Shown: positions 35,545-45,123 of the stretch, piece by piece
How positions within the stretch are numbered: the stretch's first letter is position 1
How the letters are laid out: every line of letters begins with the position of its first letter
Sequence record: DRR723986_5359
Strand: one strand, 5' to 3'
DNA: 45,123 nucleotides
Position numbers and translations under genes: made by a program
Notes under the pieces: generated by a model
The model's database searches: none
What the model was told of the DNA's origin: nothing
The model's input: only the letters and a program-made list of their open reading frames with translations

Positions 35545-37124
35545 TGCACAAAATTGCAATCATATCTGGGCTTATATTTTTAATGGCCTGTGCTCAAATT
35601 CCACCTTTAACTGGAGGACCTAAAGATACGACTGCGCCTATAATTGATTCGGCTAAAACCTATCCTTATAACGGTCAAATTAATTACCAGCACAAAATCA
35701 TTCAATTAAAATTCAATGAGTATGTCAATTTGAATAAACCCCTAGAGAATATTCTGATTACACCGCAACAAACCGAAAATCCTATCATCACTGCTAACAA
35801 AAAAAAGGTGAGAATAGAGTTGGTGGATGATTTAATGCCAAATACAACTTATTCCATCACATTTAATCATGCCATTCAAGATATCACCGAAAAAAATGAT
35901 TCCGTTTTTCAATACGTATTCTCAACCGGAAATTATATAGATTCTTTATCTCTTAGTGGTCAAGTAGTTGATGCATTTACGAATAAACCCCTAAAGCAAA
36001 TGTTAATCGGTTTGTATCCTGATTACTTAACCGATCAGTATGATTCTATTCCATTTAATAATAAACCCATGTATCTTGCTCAATCTAATGAACAGGGTGA
36101 ATTTCAGCTTAACTATTTAAAAGACGGTGATTATTACCTCTTTGCTTTTTTGGATAAAAACCGAGATTTGTATTATCAACCCGGAGAAAAGTTCGCCTAT
36201 ATAACCGAAGAAAAAGTTAGGATAATTGATAAAGTTGAAGGTATTGAACTGAAGGCTTATGACATTGTAGAGAATGAATGCAAAATTCTGAACACTTCAT
36301 TTTCTTTCCCAGGTCGATTTGAAATCACCTTTTCTAAAAAGCCAGATTCCATTGAAGTAACTTCGAATGTAGAATTGTTAAATGAGAATACACAAGTTAA
36401 TGACTCATTGGTTTTTTGGTTGGCAGAAAACCCGGTTCCCAAAATGCGATTCTTTGTGAATTTAAACGGAGAAAGGGATACGTTGAAACCTGTTTATGAA
36501 AACATTCCAGATAAAATTGAAGAAGTAGAATTCAAAGCCTCGCACAATGTTTTGGGTGGTAAACTTTTCCCGAAAGAGAATTTGATCTTTCAGTTTACCG
36601 AACCAATAAAGTCAATTGACAGCACTTTAATCCTCGCTTTTGACAAAGACTCAAACCGAATGACCGTACCGGCTTTCAATTTTAAAACCAGAGAATTAAC
36701 TTTCGAAACCCTGGCTGATTCTGTTTATGAAATCAGAATAGATTCCGGTGCAGTCTCATCAGTGTACGGCCGAACAATTGATGCTCAACTAACCGTCAAA
36801 TTTGAGAATCATGATATGGATTATTTCGGATCCCTAATTATAAACACAGACACCACTTTTCAAGAAGATGTTTTAGCCGCTTTGTTAGATTCAAAAGGGG
36901 AAGTGGTAAGAGAATTTGATTTCAGTGATAAGATTGTCTTAGAAGAATTATTGCCTGGTGATTATCAGCTCAGGTTGATTCTTGATGCTGATAAAAATGG
37001 TGAGTGGACATCAGGAGATTTATTAAATAAAATTCAGCCAGAGACTGTGATTTATTATATTGGCACCGTTAAGGTAAAGTCAAAATGGGAAAAAGAGGTA
37101 GACTGGAATCTAAGTATTAAATAA
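35544..37124 (+). CDS. Conserved Bacteroidota Ig-like domain lipoprotein
   Basis: Lipobox MAC followed by AQIPPLTGGPKDTTAP; FNEYV, PNTTYSITF..IQDITE, YVFSTG. Confidence 0.82.
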   Translation: MHKIAIISGLIFLMACAQIPPLTGGPKDTTAPIIDSAKTYPYNGQINYQHKIIQLKFNEYVNLNKPLENILITPQQTENPIITANKKKVRIELVDDLMPNTTYSITFNHAIQDITEKNDSVFQYVFSTGNYIDSLSLSGQVVDAFTNKPLKQMLIGLYPDYLTDQYDSIPFNNKPMYLAQSNEQGEFQLNYLKDGDYYLFAFLDKNRDLYYQPGEKFAYITEEKVRIIDKVEGIELKAYDIVENECKILNTSFSFPGRFEITFSKKPDSIEVTSNVELLNENTQVNDSLVFWLAENPVPKMRFFVNLNGERDTLKPVYENIPDKIEEVEFKASHNVLGGKLFPKENLIFQFTEPIKSIDSTLILAFDKDSNRMTVPAFNFKTRELTFETLADSVYEIRIDSGAVSSVYGRTIDAQLTVKFENHDMDYFGSLIINTDTTFQEDVLAALLDSKGEVVREFDFSDKIVLEELLPGDYQLRLILDADKNGEWTSGDLLNKIQPETVIYYIGTVKVKSKWEKEVDWNLSIK

Positions 37125-37981
37125 TGAGTTGGATAAAAGACATATTGAAAAAACGCTTCTATATTTTGAAAGTGAGGGATCGCTTTTCTGCTGAGGTGCA
37201 AATTTCACAAAGGTCATTGTATAACCAATACCAGTCATACGCTAAAAAAGGAGAGTACATTCCACTTTCAGAAACAGGATTCCGTGTTTTTTCCCAATAC
37301 GAGGAGGACGGAAAATTACTTTATATTTTCGCCATCATTGGCATGCGCAATAAAACTTTTGTAGAGATAGGATCTGATGATGGAATTAACAGTAACTGCG
37401 CAAATCTTGCATTGAACTTTGGTTATCACGGCTTGTTTTTAGATGGAAATGCAAAGGCAATCAATCGCGGAAGAAATTTTTATGCGAAGTATCCGCACCC
37501 ATGGATGTATGCGCCTACATTTAAATGTGCCAAGGTTCAAGCAGAAAACATCAACCAACTGTGTGCTGAAGCTAATTTAGAAGGTGAAATAGATTTACTA
37601 TCAATTGATATTGATGGAAACGATTATTGGATTTGGAAAGCCCTGGAACAAGTCTCTCCAAATGTGGTAATAATTGAAACACATGTTGAATTTGGGATGC
37701 GCAATATCGTGGTGCCTTATGATAAGGATTATTTTTTTCCAGGTAAACATCCAGTATATCACGGTGCATCCGTTCCTGCCATGATTAAACTGGCCAAAGA
37801 AAAAGGATATCGCTTGGTAGGTGCCAATGAATTGGGATTCAATTTAATCTTTGTGAAAAATGGTTTAGGCGAAGCTGAATTGCCTGAAGTTACTGCTGAG
37901 TCGGTGTTGACCCATCCTTCAGTAAAAGAATCTTGGAAACGATTTGAGCCAATCAAAGATTGGGAGTTCATTGAACCATAA
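37124..37981 (+). CDS. FkbM-like SAM-dependent methyltransferase-family protein
   Basis: FSQYEEDG, FVEIGSDDG..SN, DLLSIDIDGNDYWIW, GAS...KGYRLV. Confidence 0.7.
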   Translation: MSWIKDILKKRFYILKVRDRFSAEVQISQRSLYNQYQSYAKKGEYIPLSETGFRVFSQYEEDGKLLYIFAIIGMRNKTFVEIGSDDGINSNCANLALNFGYHGLFLDGNAKAINRGRNFYAKYPHPWMYAPTFKCAKVQAENINQLCAEANLEGEIDLLSIDIDGNDYWIWKALEQVSPNVVIIETHVEFGMRNIVVPYDKDYFFPGKHPVYHGASVPAMIKLAKEKGYRLVGANELGFNLIFVKNGLGEAELPEVTAESVLTHPSVKESWKRFEPIKDWEFIEP

Positions 37982-38108
37982 ATTAATGGTTCTGAATTGG
38001 ATAATTTATCCGCTTTGTTGATAAGATTTCATCTCATTCCCCTTTCCTTTTATTTAACTTTGCATCTCAATTTATTGACGATAAGTTAATAGGATAAAAA
38101 AAGCAATC

Positions 38109-39398
38109 ATGAACGTACTTTTACTTGGCTCAGGTGGTAGAGAACATGCAATCGCATGGAAAATTTCACACAGTTCACAAATAGATAAATTGTTTATTGC
38201 TCCGGGCAATGCAGGTACAGGTCAAGTAGGACAGAATGTTGATTTAAAACTGGATGATTTTGCATCCATTGCTGATTTTTGTTTAAATGAAAAGGTAGAT
38301 TACTTAATTGTTGGGCCTGAGAAGCCTTTGGTTGATGGGATTGCAGACTTTTTTGCGGCAGATCCGGCTTTGGCTAAAATTGGAGTGATCGGGCCGAATA
38401 AAGCAGGAGCACAGTTAGAAGGGTCGAAAGATTTTTCTAAAAAGTTCATGAAAAAATACAATATCCCTACTGCAAAATACCAGTCAGTTACGAAAGATAA
38501 TATTGAAGAGGGCTACGCATTTTTAGATAAGATGAAACCGCCTTATGTATTAAAGGCGGATGGTTTAGCATCTGGCAAGGGTGTGCTTATCGTGGAAGAT
38601 TTAGCTGAGGCCAAGCAAGAATTGAAACTGATGGTTGAAGAGGCGAAATTTGGAGATGCATCTTCTAAAGTGGTGATTGAAGAGTTTTTAGACGGCATTG
38701 AATTGTCGGTATTTGTGATAACAGATGGACAATCGTATAAGATTTTGCCAGAAGCCAAAGATTATAAAAGAATTGGAGAAGGAGATACAGGATTGATGAC
38801 TGGTGGAATGGGTGCTATAAGTCCAGTGCCATTTGCAACTCCTGGTTTCATGGATAAAATTGAAAATCAAATTATCATCCCTACCATAAAAGGTTTAAAA
38901 AAAGAAGGGATAGATTACAGAGGATTTATCTTTTTCGGATTGATCAATGTGCGTAAAGATCCTTATGTGATTGAATACAACTGTAGAATGGGAGACCCGG
39001 AAACAGAGGTGGTAATGCCAAGATTAAAATCTGACATTTTAGAATTGTTTGAGGGCGTTGCTACACAAACCTTGTCAGAAAGGGATGTAGTTTTTGACGA
39101 AAGAACTGCGGCAGGAGTCATGATGGTTTCAGGAGGATATCCAGGAGCTTATGAGAAAGAGAAAAACATTAGCGGATTAACTGGAATTTTTGATTCGGTT
39201 ATTTTTCACGCCGGAACCAAGCAAGATGGCCCTACCTACGTTTCTGCTGGAGGTAGAGTGTTGTGTGTAACTTCTTATGGCAAAAATCAAGAAAAGGCTC
39301 TCGAGAAAACCTATGAAAACGTAAAGAAGATTGACTTTGAGAAAGCCTATTATAGAACAGATATTGGATTTGACCTGAAAGAGGTCGTTAAGAAATAG
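38109..39398 (+). CDS. purD: Phosphoribosylamine--glycine ligase
   Basis: GSGGREHA, APGNAG, LEGSKDFSK, KADGLASGKGV, TGGMGA, RMGDPE; TAACTTTG at 38055-38062. Confidence 0.99.
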   Translation: MNVLLLGSGGREHAIAWKISHSSQIDKLFIAPGNAGTGQVGQNVDLKLDDFASIADFCLNEKVDYLIVGPEKPLVDGIADFFAADPALAKIGVIGPNKAGAQLEGSKDFSKKFMKKYNIPTAKYQSVTKDNIEEGYAFLDKMKPPYVLKADGLASGKGVLIVEDLAEAKQELKLMVEEAKFGDASSKVVIEEFLDGIELSVFVITDGQSYKILPEAKDYKRIGEGDTGLMTGGMGAISPVPFATPGFMDKIENQIIIPTIKGLKKEGIDYRGFIFFGLINVRKDPYVIEYNCRMGDPETEVVMPRLKSDILELFEGVATQTLSERDVVFDERTAAGVMMVSGGYPGAYEKEKNISGLTGIFDSVIFHAGTKQDGPTYVSAGGRVLCVTSYGKNQEKALEKTYENVKKIDFEKAYYRTDIGFDLKEVVKK

Positions 39399-39458
39399 GA
39401 TATTATTGTTGTGAAACAAAATTTCCTATCTTAGCGTTAACAACCACCAAAAATTAAA

Positions 39459-40721
39459 ATGCCTCCCGGTCCCGAGATTTATCTTGTCATCATTATCACC
39501 TTACTTTGTTCAGCCTTCTTTTCAGGCATGGAGATTGCTTTTATTTCTGCTAATAGATTAAAAATTGAATTGGATCGGCAAGCAGGTAATTTCACAGGTA
39601 AAATCCTTTCCTATTTCGTAAAAAACACCTCCAACTTCATCTCTGCAATGCTGCTTGGAAACAATGCCTCATTGGTGATTTACGGGATATTCATGGCGGT
39701 TGCACTAGAGCCATTGTTTCTCAATTTAACTGATAACACTGCATTAATTCTGGTATTGCAAACAATCGTTTCAACACTAATTGTACTCATTACAGCCGAA
39801 TTTTTACCAAAAGCATTATTCAGAATTAATCCAAATCGAAGTTTAAAATTCGGGGCGGTTCCGCTTTTCGCTTTTTATTGGCTATTCATTGTGCCTACAA
39901 TGATCACCATGGCCATTTCTAAGTTCTTTTTAAAAATCATGAAGGTCGATATTTCAGATTCTGAACATGCTTTTTCAAAAATTGACTTAGACCATTATGT
40001 GCGCGACATTAATGATCGAATGGATGATGAAACTGAAATGGATAACGAGATTCAAATCCTACAAAACGCACTTGATTTTGCCAATACCAAAGCAAGAGAT
40101 TGCATGATACCAAGAACGGAGGTGATTGCAATGAGTATTGATGATGAGGTAGAAGCCTTGAAAAAGCAATTCATTGACACAGGTCTTTCCAAAATATTGA
40201 TCTATCGAAATTCAATTGATAATGTCATTGGTTATGTCCATGCGCACGAACTGTTCTCAAAACCTACTGAAATTAAGCAAGTTTTATTGCCGATTTTCAT
40301 AGTGCCTGAGGCTGTTTTTGTAAAAGACTTGCTACAGCAATTTACCAGTCAGAAAAAGAGTGTTGCGGTTGTAGTAGATGAATTTGGTGGCACTTCAGGA
40401 ATCATTACAGTTGAAGATATCATTGAAGAGATTTTTGGAGAGATTGAAGATGAGCACGATAAAGAAGAGGTTGTTGAGCAAATAATAGACGAACAAACCT
40501 ATTTGTTTTCGGGAAGATTGCATGTAGATTATCTTCAAAACGAATACAATATCCCTATCCCGGAAAGTACTGAGTATGAAACTTTAGCGGGCTTTGTCAT
40601 CAATACCCTTGAGGAAATACCGAAGACAAATACTGTTTTAGAAACAGAACAATTGGTGCTAACCGCAGTAGAAGTTTCTGAGAACAAAGTCCTTCTAGTA
40701 AGGCTTAAGGTCAAAAAATAG
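39459..40721 (+). CDS. CNNM/CorC (hemolysin-family) CBS-domain membrane protein
   Basis: SAFFSGMEIA, AEFLPK, MIPRTE, VVDEFGGTSGIITVEDIIEEIFGEI, YETLAGF. Confidence 0.93.
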   Translation: MPPGPEIYLVIIITLLCSAFFSGMEIAFISANRLKIELDRQAGNFTGKILSYFVKNTSNFISAMLLGNNASLVIYGIFMAVALEPLFLNLTDNTALILVLQTIVSTLIVLITAEFLPKALFRINPNRSLKFGAVPLFAFYWLFIVPTMITMAISKFFLKIMKVDISDSEHAFSKIDLDHYVRDINDRMDDETEMDNEIQILQNALDFANTKARDCMIPRTEVIAMSIDDEVEALKKQFIDTGLSKILIYRNSIDNVIGYVHAHELFSKPTEIKQVLLPIFIVPEAVFVKDLLQQFTSQKKSVAVVVDEFGGTSGIITVEDIIEEIFGEIEDEHDKEEVVEQIIDEQTYLFSGRLHVDYLQNEYNIPIPESTEYETLAGFVINTLEEIPKTNTVLETEQLVLTAVEVSENKVLLVRLKVKK

Positions 40722-40841
40722 ATGCTAAAAATTCATTTACGAATAATAAATTGATTGCGTAGAAATACTTGAAATGGCCTTGGTCTATAGGATGTCATTT
40801 GTATTTTTCTTATTTTTGTTATTCATCAAAATTCAGACGAG

Positions 40842-41276
40842 ATGTTTAAAGGAGGTAACGGCAAAACAACTGGACCAAGTAATTCACCAGACAAACTAAA
40901 CAAGATAGTAGAAGGTACCAGTATTAAAGGAGATGTAAAAACGGACAGCAATTTTCGAATTGATGGAACTTTAGAGGGGACATTAGAATCAATCGGGAAA
41001 CTAGTAATAGGAGTTACCGGAAAGATTGAGGGCGAAATAACTTGCGGAAATGCTGACATAGAAGGAGAGTTTATCGGAAACATTCGTGTAGAAGGCTTGT
41101 TAGTCTTAAAGTCAACAGCTAAAATTTCAGGTAATGTTACGGCAGGTAAAATTGCTATTGAGAACGGTGCTGAGTTTAATGCAACATGTAAAATGGGCGG
41201 AGCTCCAGTTGAATTAGACAATTCATACATCAGTGAAGAAGCATCTGAAAAAGAGGCTGAAGAATTAGTATACTAG
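40842..41276 (+). CDS. Bactofilin (polymer-forming cytoskeletal protein)
   Basis: IVEGTSIKGDV..RIDGTLEG..IEGEI..IEG..GN..IENGAEFNA beta-helix repeats; TATTTTTG at 40811-40818. Confidence 0.92.
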   Translation: MFKGGNGKTTGPSNSPDKLNKIVEGTSIKGDVKTDSNFRIDGTLEGTLESIGKLVIGVTGKIEGEITCGNADIEGEFIGNIRVEGLLVLKSTAKISGNVTAGKIAIENGAEFNATCKMGGAPVELDNSYISEEASEKEAEELVY

Positions 41277-41277
41277 T

Positions 41278-41568
41278 ATGAGCATTACTGAATCGTCAGA
41301 TTTCCCTGATGATAATGAATCGAATGAGATAGATCGTAAAGATGTTACTCAATCGTCTAAAAAAGGACCGAATAAATTTTTGGTGTTTTCAGGTATGGCT
41401 GTTCAAATGGGTGCAACAATAGGCTTAGGTGCTTGGGGCGGTCAACAATTAGATTATAAATATCAACCAGAAAAACCGTATTGGACAATAGCCCTTTCAT
41501 TATTGGGTGTTTTTATCTCGCTATATTTGCTGATCAAACAAGCAAAAAAACTTTCAGATGACGCTTAG
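41278..41568 (+). CDS. AtpZ/AtpI-family small membrane protein
   Basis: QMGATI..WGG..LD...SLLGV; two TMs; lies upstream of the atp genes. Confidence 0.82.
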   Translation: MSITESSDFPDDNESNEIDRKDVTQSSKKGPNKFLVFSGMAVQMGATIGLGAWGGQQLDYKYQPEKPYWTIALSLLGVFISLYLLIKQAKKLSDDA

Positions 41569-41983
41569 CGCCTACCGCAAAGTAAGTACTATTTCATTTT
41601 TATCGGTAATTGTCTTGGTTTGGACAATTAACTTTGCTTTTGTTCAAGGAGCTTTTCTTGTAGATTATATTCGATTGTCTTATTGGTGGGTGATTTATCC
41701 TGTTCTTATTCCACAATTTCTTATCGCTTATTTCTATGTTCTTCGAAAAGCAGCAAATCAAAAGACGCTAGAAGAGGTGGGTAAAAAGTTCATTATCACC
41801 TTAACCCTTCGCATGTTCTTGGCAATTTTATTTCTTTTACCCTGGTTATTAAATAAAGATGAAACTTCGCGTCCAATGGTCGGACAGTTTTTCTTTGTTT
41901 TTTTTCCGCTATTAGTAGTAGAAATCAAGCTATTGGTCAGCTATTTAAATCAATCTGTCCCAGAATTTCAAGAAGAGGAGTAA
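41558..41983 (+). CDS. Four-TM membrane protein, AtpI-like by position
   Basis: Four hydrophobic segments; directly upstream of atpB. Confidence 0.6.
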   Translation: MTLSAYRKVSTISFLSVIVLVWTINFAFVQGAFLVDYIRLSYWWVIYPVLIPQFLIAYFYVLRKAANQKTLEEVGKKFIITLTLRMFLAILFLLPWLLNKDETSRPMVGQFFFVFFPLLVVEIKLLVSYLNQSVPEFQEEE

Positions 41984-42022
41984 AAACTCGTGAAAAATTA
42001 TGGGCGAAAAGCTTTTTCTATA

Positions 42023-42030
42023 TACCTTTG
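42023..42030 (+). promoter_or_regulatory. -7 promoter element upstream of atpB
   Basis: TACCTTTG(C) matches TAnnTTTG. Confidence 0.65.
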
Positions 42031-42074
42031 CGCCGAATTTAAAAACGAGTATTTCTCGAATTGTAATTTAAGAC

Positions 42075-43136
42075 ATGAAGAAGTTTTTCGGATTAATATT
42101 GGCTACTGTGTTTTCTTTGAGTGCGTTAGCAAGCGGAGGAGACAAAGAGTTTAACGCGGCAGAACACGCAATTCACCACGCATTAGATGCACATGAAATT
42201 CACATTGCAGATGCAATTACGATTCCACTCCCTGTTATTTTATGGACAGAAAATGGATTAGTGATGTTTATGTCTTCAGAGTTTCACCATGATGATAGCG
42301 GTCATCATATCGTTGAAAAAGACGGAATGAGCTTTGTTAAGCTGCACGAAAAAATTTATCAATTGGAAGCTGGGGCACACGGAATTGAATTTGATGCTGA
42401 AGGTCATCCTACTAATGCAAAAAAAATTACTACTGATTTCTCAATTACAAAAAATGTTGTTGCAATGTTCTTAGTAGCGTTCTTCTTATTGTTTGTATTT
42501 ATTAAATCAGCAAAGAATTATAAAAAGCACGATACTTTAACACCAAAGGGAATTGCTAAATGGACTGAACCAGGCGTTGTATTTGTTCAAGATATCGCTA
42601 AAGAAAATATTGAAGCAGATAAATTCAGAAAATTTGTTCCTTATTTATTGACGCTTTTCTTTTTCATTTTCTTTGGAAACCTATTAGGATTAATTCCTTT
42701 CATTTCGAATCCGAACATGACAGGAAGTATTTCAATCACGATTTTGTTGGCGGCAATTACTTTCTTTATTCAAATGAAAAATTCAAGAAAGACCTATTGG
42801 TTGCACATTGTTGATCCCTTAGGGAATTCTATGCCATTAATCGCAAAAATTCCATTGTACATAATTTTATTGCCAATTGAGATTGCGGGGATTTTCATTA
42901 AGCCAATTGCATTGTTGATTCGTTTGTTTGCGAACATCACTGCAGGACACATTATTGTTGTTTCATTGATTGCCATTATTTTTGTGAATCAAAACATGGG
43001 ATGGGCTGGTTTATCAGTGCCAATGACATTATTTATTTCAGTACTAGAACTTTTAGTCGCGTTTTTACAGGCCTATATCTTTACAATGCTAGCAGCAATG
43101 TATATCGGTTCGGCAGTTGAAAGTGCGCACCATTAA
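42075..43136 (+). CDS. atpB: ATP synthase F0 subunit a
   Basis: NLLGLIP, IRLFANITAGH, ELLVAFLQAYIFTML; Bacteroidota-type His-rich N-terminal extension. Confidence 0.98.
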   Translation: MKKFFGLILATVFSLSALASGGDKEFNAAEHAIHHALDAHEIHIADAITIPLPVILWTENGLVMFMSSEFHHDDSGHHIVEKDGMSFVKLHEKIYQLEAGAHGIEFDAEGHPTNAKKITTDFSITKNVVAMFLVAFFLLFVFIKSAKNYKKHDTLTPKGIAKWTEPGVVFVQDIAKENIEADKFRKFVPYLLTLFFFIFFGNLLGLIPFISNPNMTGSISITILLAAITFFIQMKNSRKTYWLHIVDPLGNSMPLIAKIPLYIILLPIEIAGIFIKPIALLIRLFANITAGHIIVVSLIAIIFVNQNMGWAGLSVPMTLFISVLELLVAFLQAYIFTMLAAMYIGSAVESAHH

Positions 43137-43155
43137 ATTGTAATTTTTTAATTAA

Positions 43156-43374
<219 letters not shown>

Positions 43375-43383
43375 AAAAAGATT

Positions 43384-43412
43384 GGTGCTAGGGATTGCCT
43401 AGCACCGCTTTT
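43384..43412 (+). promoter_or_regulatory. Intra-operon hairpin after atpE
   Basis: ggtgctagg gattg cctagcacc gctttt. Confidence 0.6.
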
Positions 43413-43441
43413 AAATTATTAATTGAAATAAAAATTAAACT

Positions 43442-43951
43442 ATGCTATTAGAATTGCATCCATTGATTACACCGGCTTGGGGACAAATTTTCTGGGGTGG
43501 TATTGTATTCATCATTCTTTTGTTTTTGTTAAAGAAATTCGCTTGGGGACCAATGTTGTCCGCTGTGAATGAGAGAGAAAAAGCAATTGAAGAATCTGTA
43601 AACCTTGCGCAAAAAACGCAGGCAGAGATGAAGCAATTACAAGCTCAAAACGAAAACTTGTTGAAAGAAGCAAGAGCTGAGAGAGATAAAATGATTAGAG
43701 AAGCTTCAGAAACTTCTAAGCAAGTGATTGCTGATGCTAAGCAAGCAGCAAAAGGTGAAGCTGATAAGATCATTAAAGATGCTCAGGTAGTTATCAATTC
43801 AGAAAAGCAAGCAGCAGTTGCTGAGTTAAAAACTCAAATGGCAGCATTCTCATTAGAAATTGCTGAAAAAGTAATTAAAGGAGAGCTTTCAAGTGATGAT
43901 AAGCAAAAAGCACTAGCAGAAAAATTAGCTGATAGCATCAGCGTTAATTAA
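43442..43951 (+). CDS. atpF: ATP synthase F0 subunit b
   Basis: N-terminal TM, KFAWGP..ERE..I, coiled coil, IAEKVI. Confidence 0.97.
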   Translation: MLLELHPLITPAWGQIFWGGIVFIILLFLLKKFAWGPMLSAVNEREKAIEESVNLAQKTQAEMKQLQAQNENLLKEARAERDKMIREASETSKQVIADAKQAAKGEADKIIKDAQVVINSEKQAAVAELKTQMAAFSLEIAEKVIKGELSSDDKQKALAEKLADSISVN

Positions 43952-43956
43952 ATCAA

Positions 43957-44496
43957 ATGGGAGTAAGCAAAGCAGCAGTTAGATATGCACAGGCACTTTT
44001 AGATTTGGCACTTGAACAAAAAGTGGCAGATAAAGTGAGTAACGATATGGCTTCGCTTAATGGTTTATGCTCTGAAAATAAAGAGTTAGCAAACTTCTTA
44101 AGCTCGCCAATTATTCCTAAAAGCAAGAAGGTCGAAATTTTTGATGCTTTATTTACAGGTAAGGTGGAGAAAATGAGCTTGAACTTTTTCAAGTTGATCA
44201 CTAAGAATAAAAGAGAAGATATCTTAAATGAAATCGCTGAAAGCTATGTAGAATTATACAAAGCACACAGTGGAATCGTTGACGTACATATCACATCTGC
44301 AATTCAACTTGAGGCTAAAGTGAAAGATCAGATCTTGGCTAAGGTGCAAGAAAAATACGCAGGTAAAAAATTAGAAGTTCACCATGAAATTGACGCAAGT
44401 TTAATCGGTGGATTTAAGGTTGGAGTTGATGGTAAGCAATTAGATGCATCAATCGCCAGCCAATTAAGTAATTTGAAAAACATATTATTAAATTAA
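43957..44496 (+). CDS. atpH: ATP synthase F1 subunit delta
   Basis: AVRYAQAL, FLSSP, IDASLIGGF..DASI. Confidence 0.97.
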   Translation: MGVSKAAVRYAQALLDLALEQKVADKVSNDMASLNGLCSENKELANFLSSPIIPKSKKVEIFDALFTGKVEKMSLNFFKLITKNKREDILNEIAESYVELYKAHSGIVDVHITSAIQLEAKVKDQILAKVQEKYAGKKLEVHHEIDASLIGGFKVGVDGKQLDASIASQLSNLKNILLN

Positions 44497-44498
44497 AT

Positions 44499-44559
44499 AG
44501 AATCAAGAACAAAGAGCCAAGAACAAAAATGATTGTCTTGGATCTTGGATCTTGAATCT
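44499..44559. repeat. Inverted heptamer arrays between atpH and atpA
   Basis: agaatca agaacaa agagcca agaacaa (44499-44526) faces tcttgga tcttgga tcttgaa tct (44536-44559). Confidence 0.75.
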
Positions 44560-44574
44560 GAAAAACAAATAAAA

Positions 44575-45123
44575 ATGGCAGACGTAAAACCAGCAGAAGT
44601 ATCTGCAATTTTGAGAGAACAACTTTCAGGATTTAAGTCAGAAGCAGAATTAGAAGAAGTAGGAACCATCCTTCAAGTAGGTGATGGTATCGCACGTATC
44701 TATGGTTTATCTGGAGTTCAATACGGTGAAATGATTGAATTTGAAGGTGGATTAAGAGGAATCGTTTTGAACCTTGAAGAAGATAATGTAGGTGCAGTAC
44801 TTTTAGGAAAATCTGATTCTATTAAAGAAGGAGATACGGTTAAAAGATTGAATTTGATTGCTTCACTACAAGTAGGCGAAGGTATCGTTGGTCGTGTTGT
44901 TGACACAATGGGTAACCCAATTGACGGTAAAGGTCCAATTCAAGGTGAAACTTTCGAAATGCCACTTGAGCGTAAAGCACCAGGTGTAATTTATAGAGAG
45001 CCAGTAACAGAGCCATTACAAACTGGAATCAAGTCAATTGACTCAATGATTCCTGTTGGAAGAGGACAAAGAGAGTTAGTAATTGGAGATAGACAAACTG
45101 GTAAAACAACAGTTTGTATTGAT
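44575..45123 (+). CDS. atpA: ATP synthase F1 subunit alpha (5' part; runs off the window edge)
   Basis: Not in the ORF track. Manual translation: [52 protein letters not shown]. Confidence 0.98.
   Translation, partial: MADVKPAEVSAILREQLSGFKSEAELEEVGTILQVGDGIARIYGLSGVQYGEMIEFEGGLRGIVLNLEEDNVGAVLLGKSDSIKEGDTVKRLNLIASLQVGEGIVGRVVDTMGNPIDGKGPIQGETFEMPLERKAPGVIYREPVTEPLQTGIKSIDSMIPVGRGQRELVIGDRQTGKTTVCID

Noticed and set aside
40842-41983. Bactofilin and atpZ/I-like genes ahead of the atp operon as a novelty
   Set aside because: To my knowledge this is a common Bacteroidota arrangement.

Overview
AT-rich Bacteroidota chromosomal segment, probably Flavobacteriales (inferred from TAnnTTTG promoters, A/T-rich leaders without Shine-Dalgarno sites, and T9SS-type C-terminal domains). 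Most of it is housekeeping: tRNA-Leu-tig-clpP-clpX, dxr, leuS, Fe/Mn SOD, mce, hemW, msrC, purD and the start of the F1Fo ATP synthase operon (atpB-E-F-H-A). The first ~9.6 kb is an accessory-looking cluster downstream of tRNA-Ser(GGA): YitT, a degenerate nucleotidyltransferase-like protein, an LRR protein, an OmpR-type two-component system, a TPR protein, a bestrophin, an OmpA protein and a USP. Best leads: (1) a probable T9SS-secreted haem c / PHM-type copper monooxygenase fusion with all six copper ligands; (2) matching 11-bp-phased TTCTAA arrays on both sides of the two-component genes, suggesting a local regulon; (3) degenerate tRNA-Ser half-copies with palindromic or insertion replacements on both sides of the tRNA; (4) a lipoprotein cytochrome-like domain with an unusual CX9CH motif; (5) an inverted heptamer array between atpH and atpA. 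I found no CRISPR array, rRNA, integrase, transposase or prophage. All calls come from reading motifs by eye, with no database search, so novelty is unverified.
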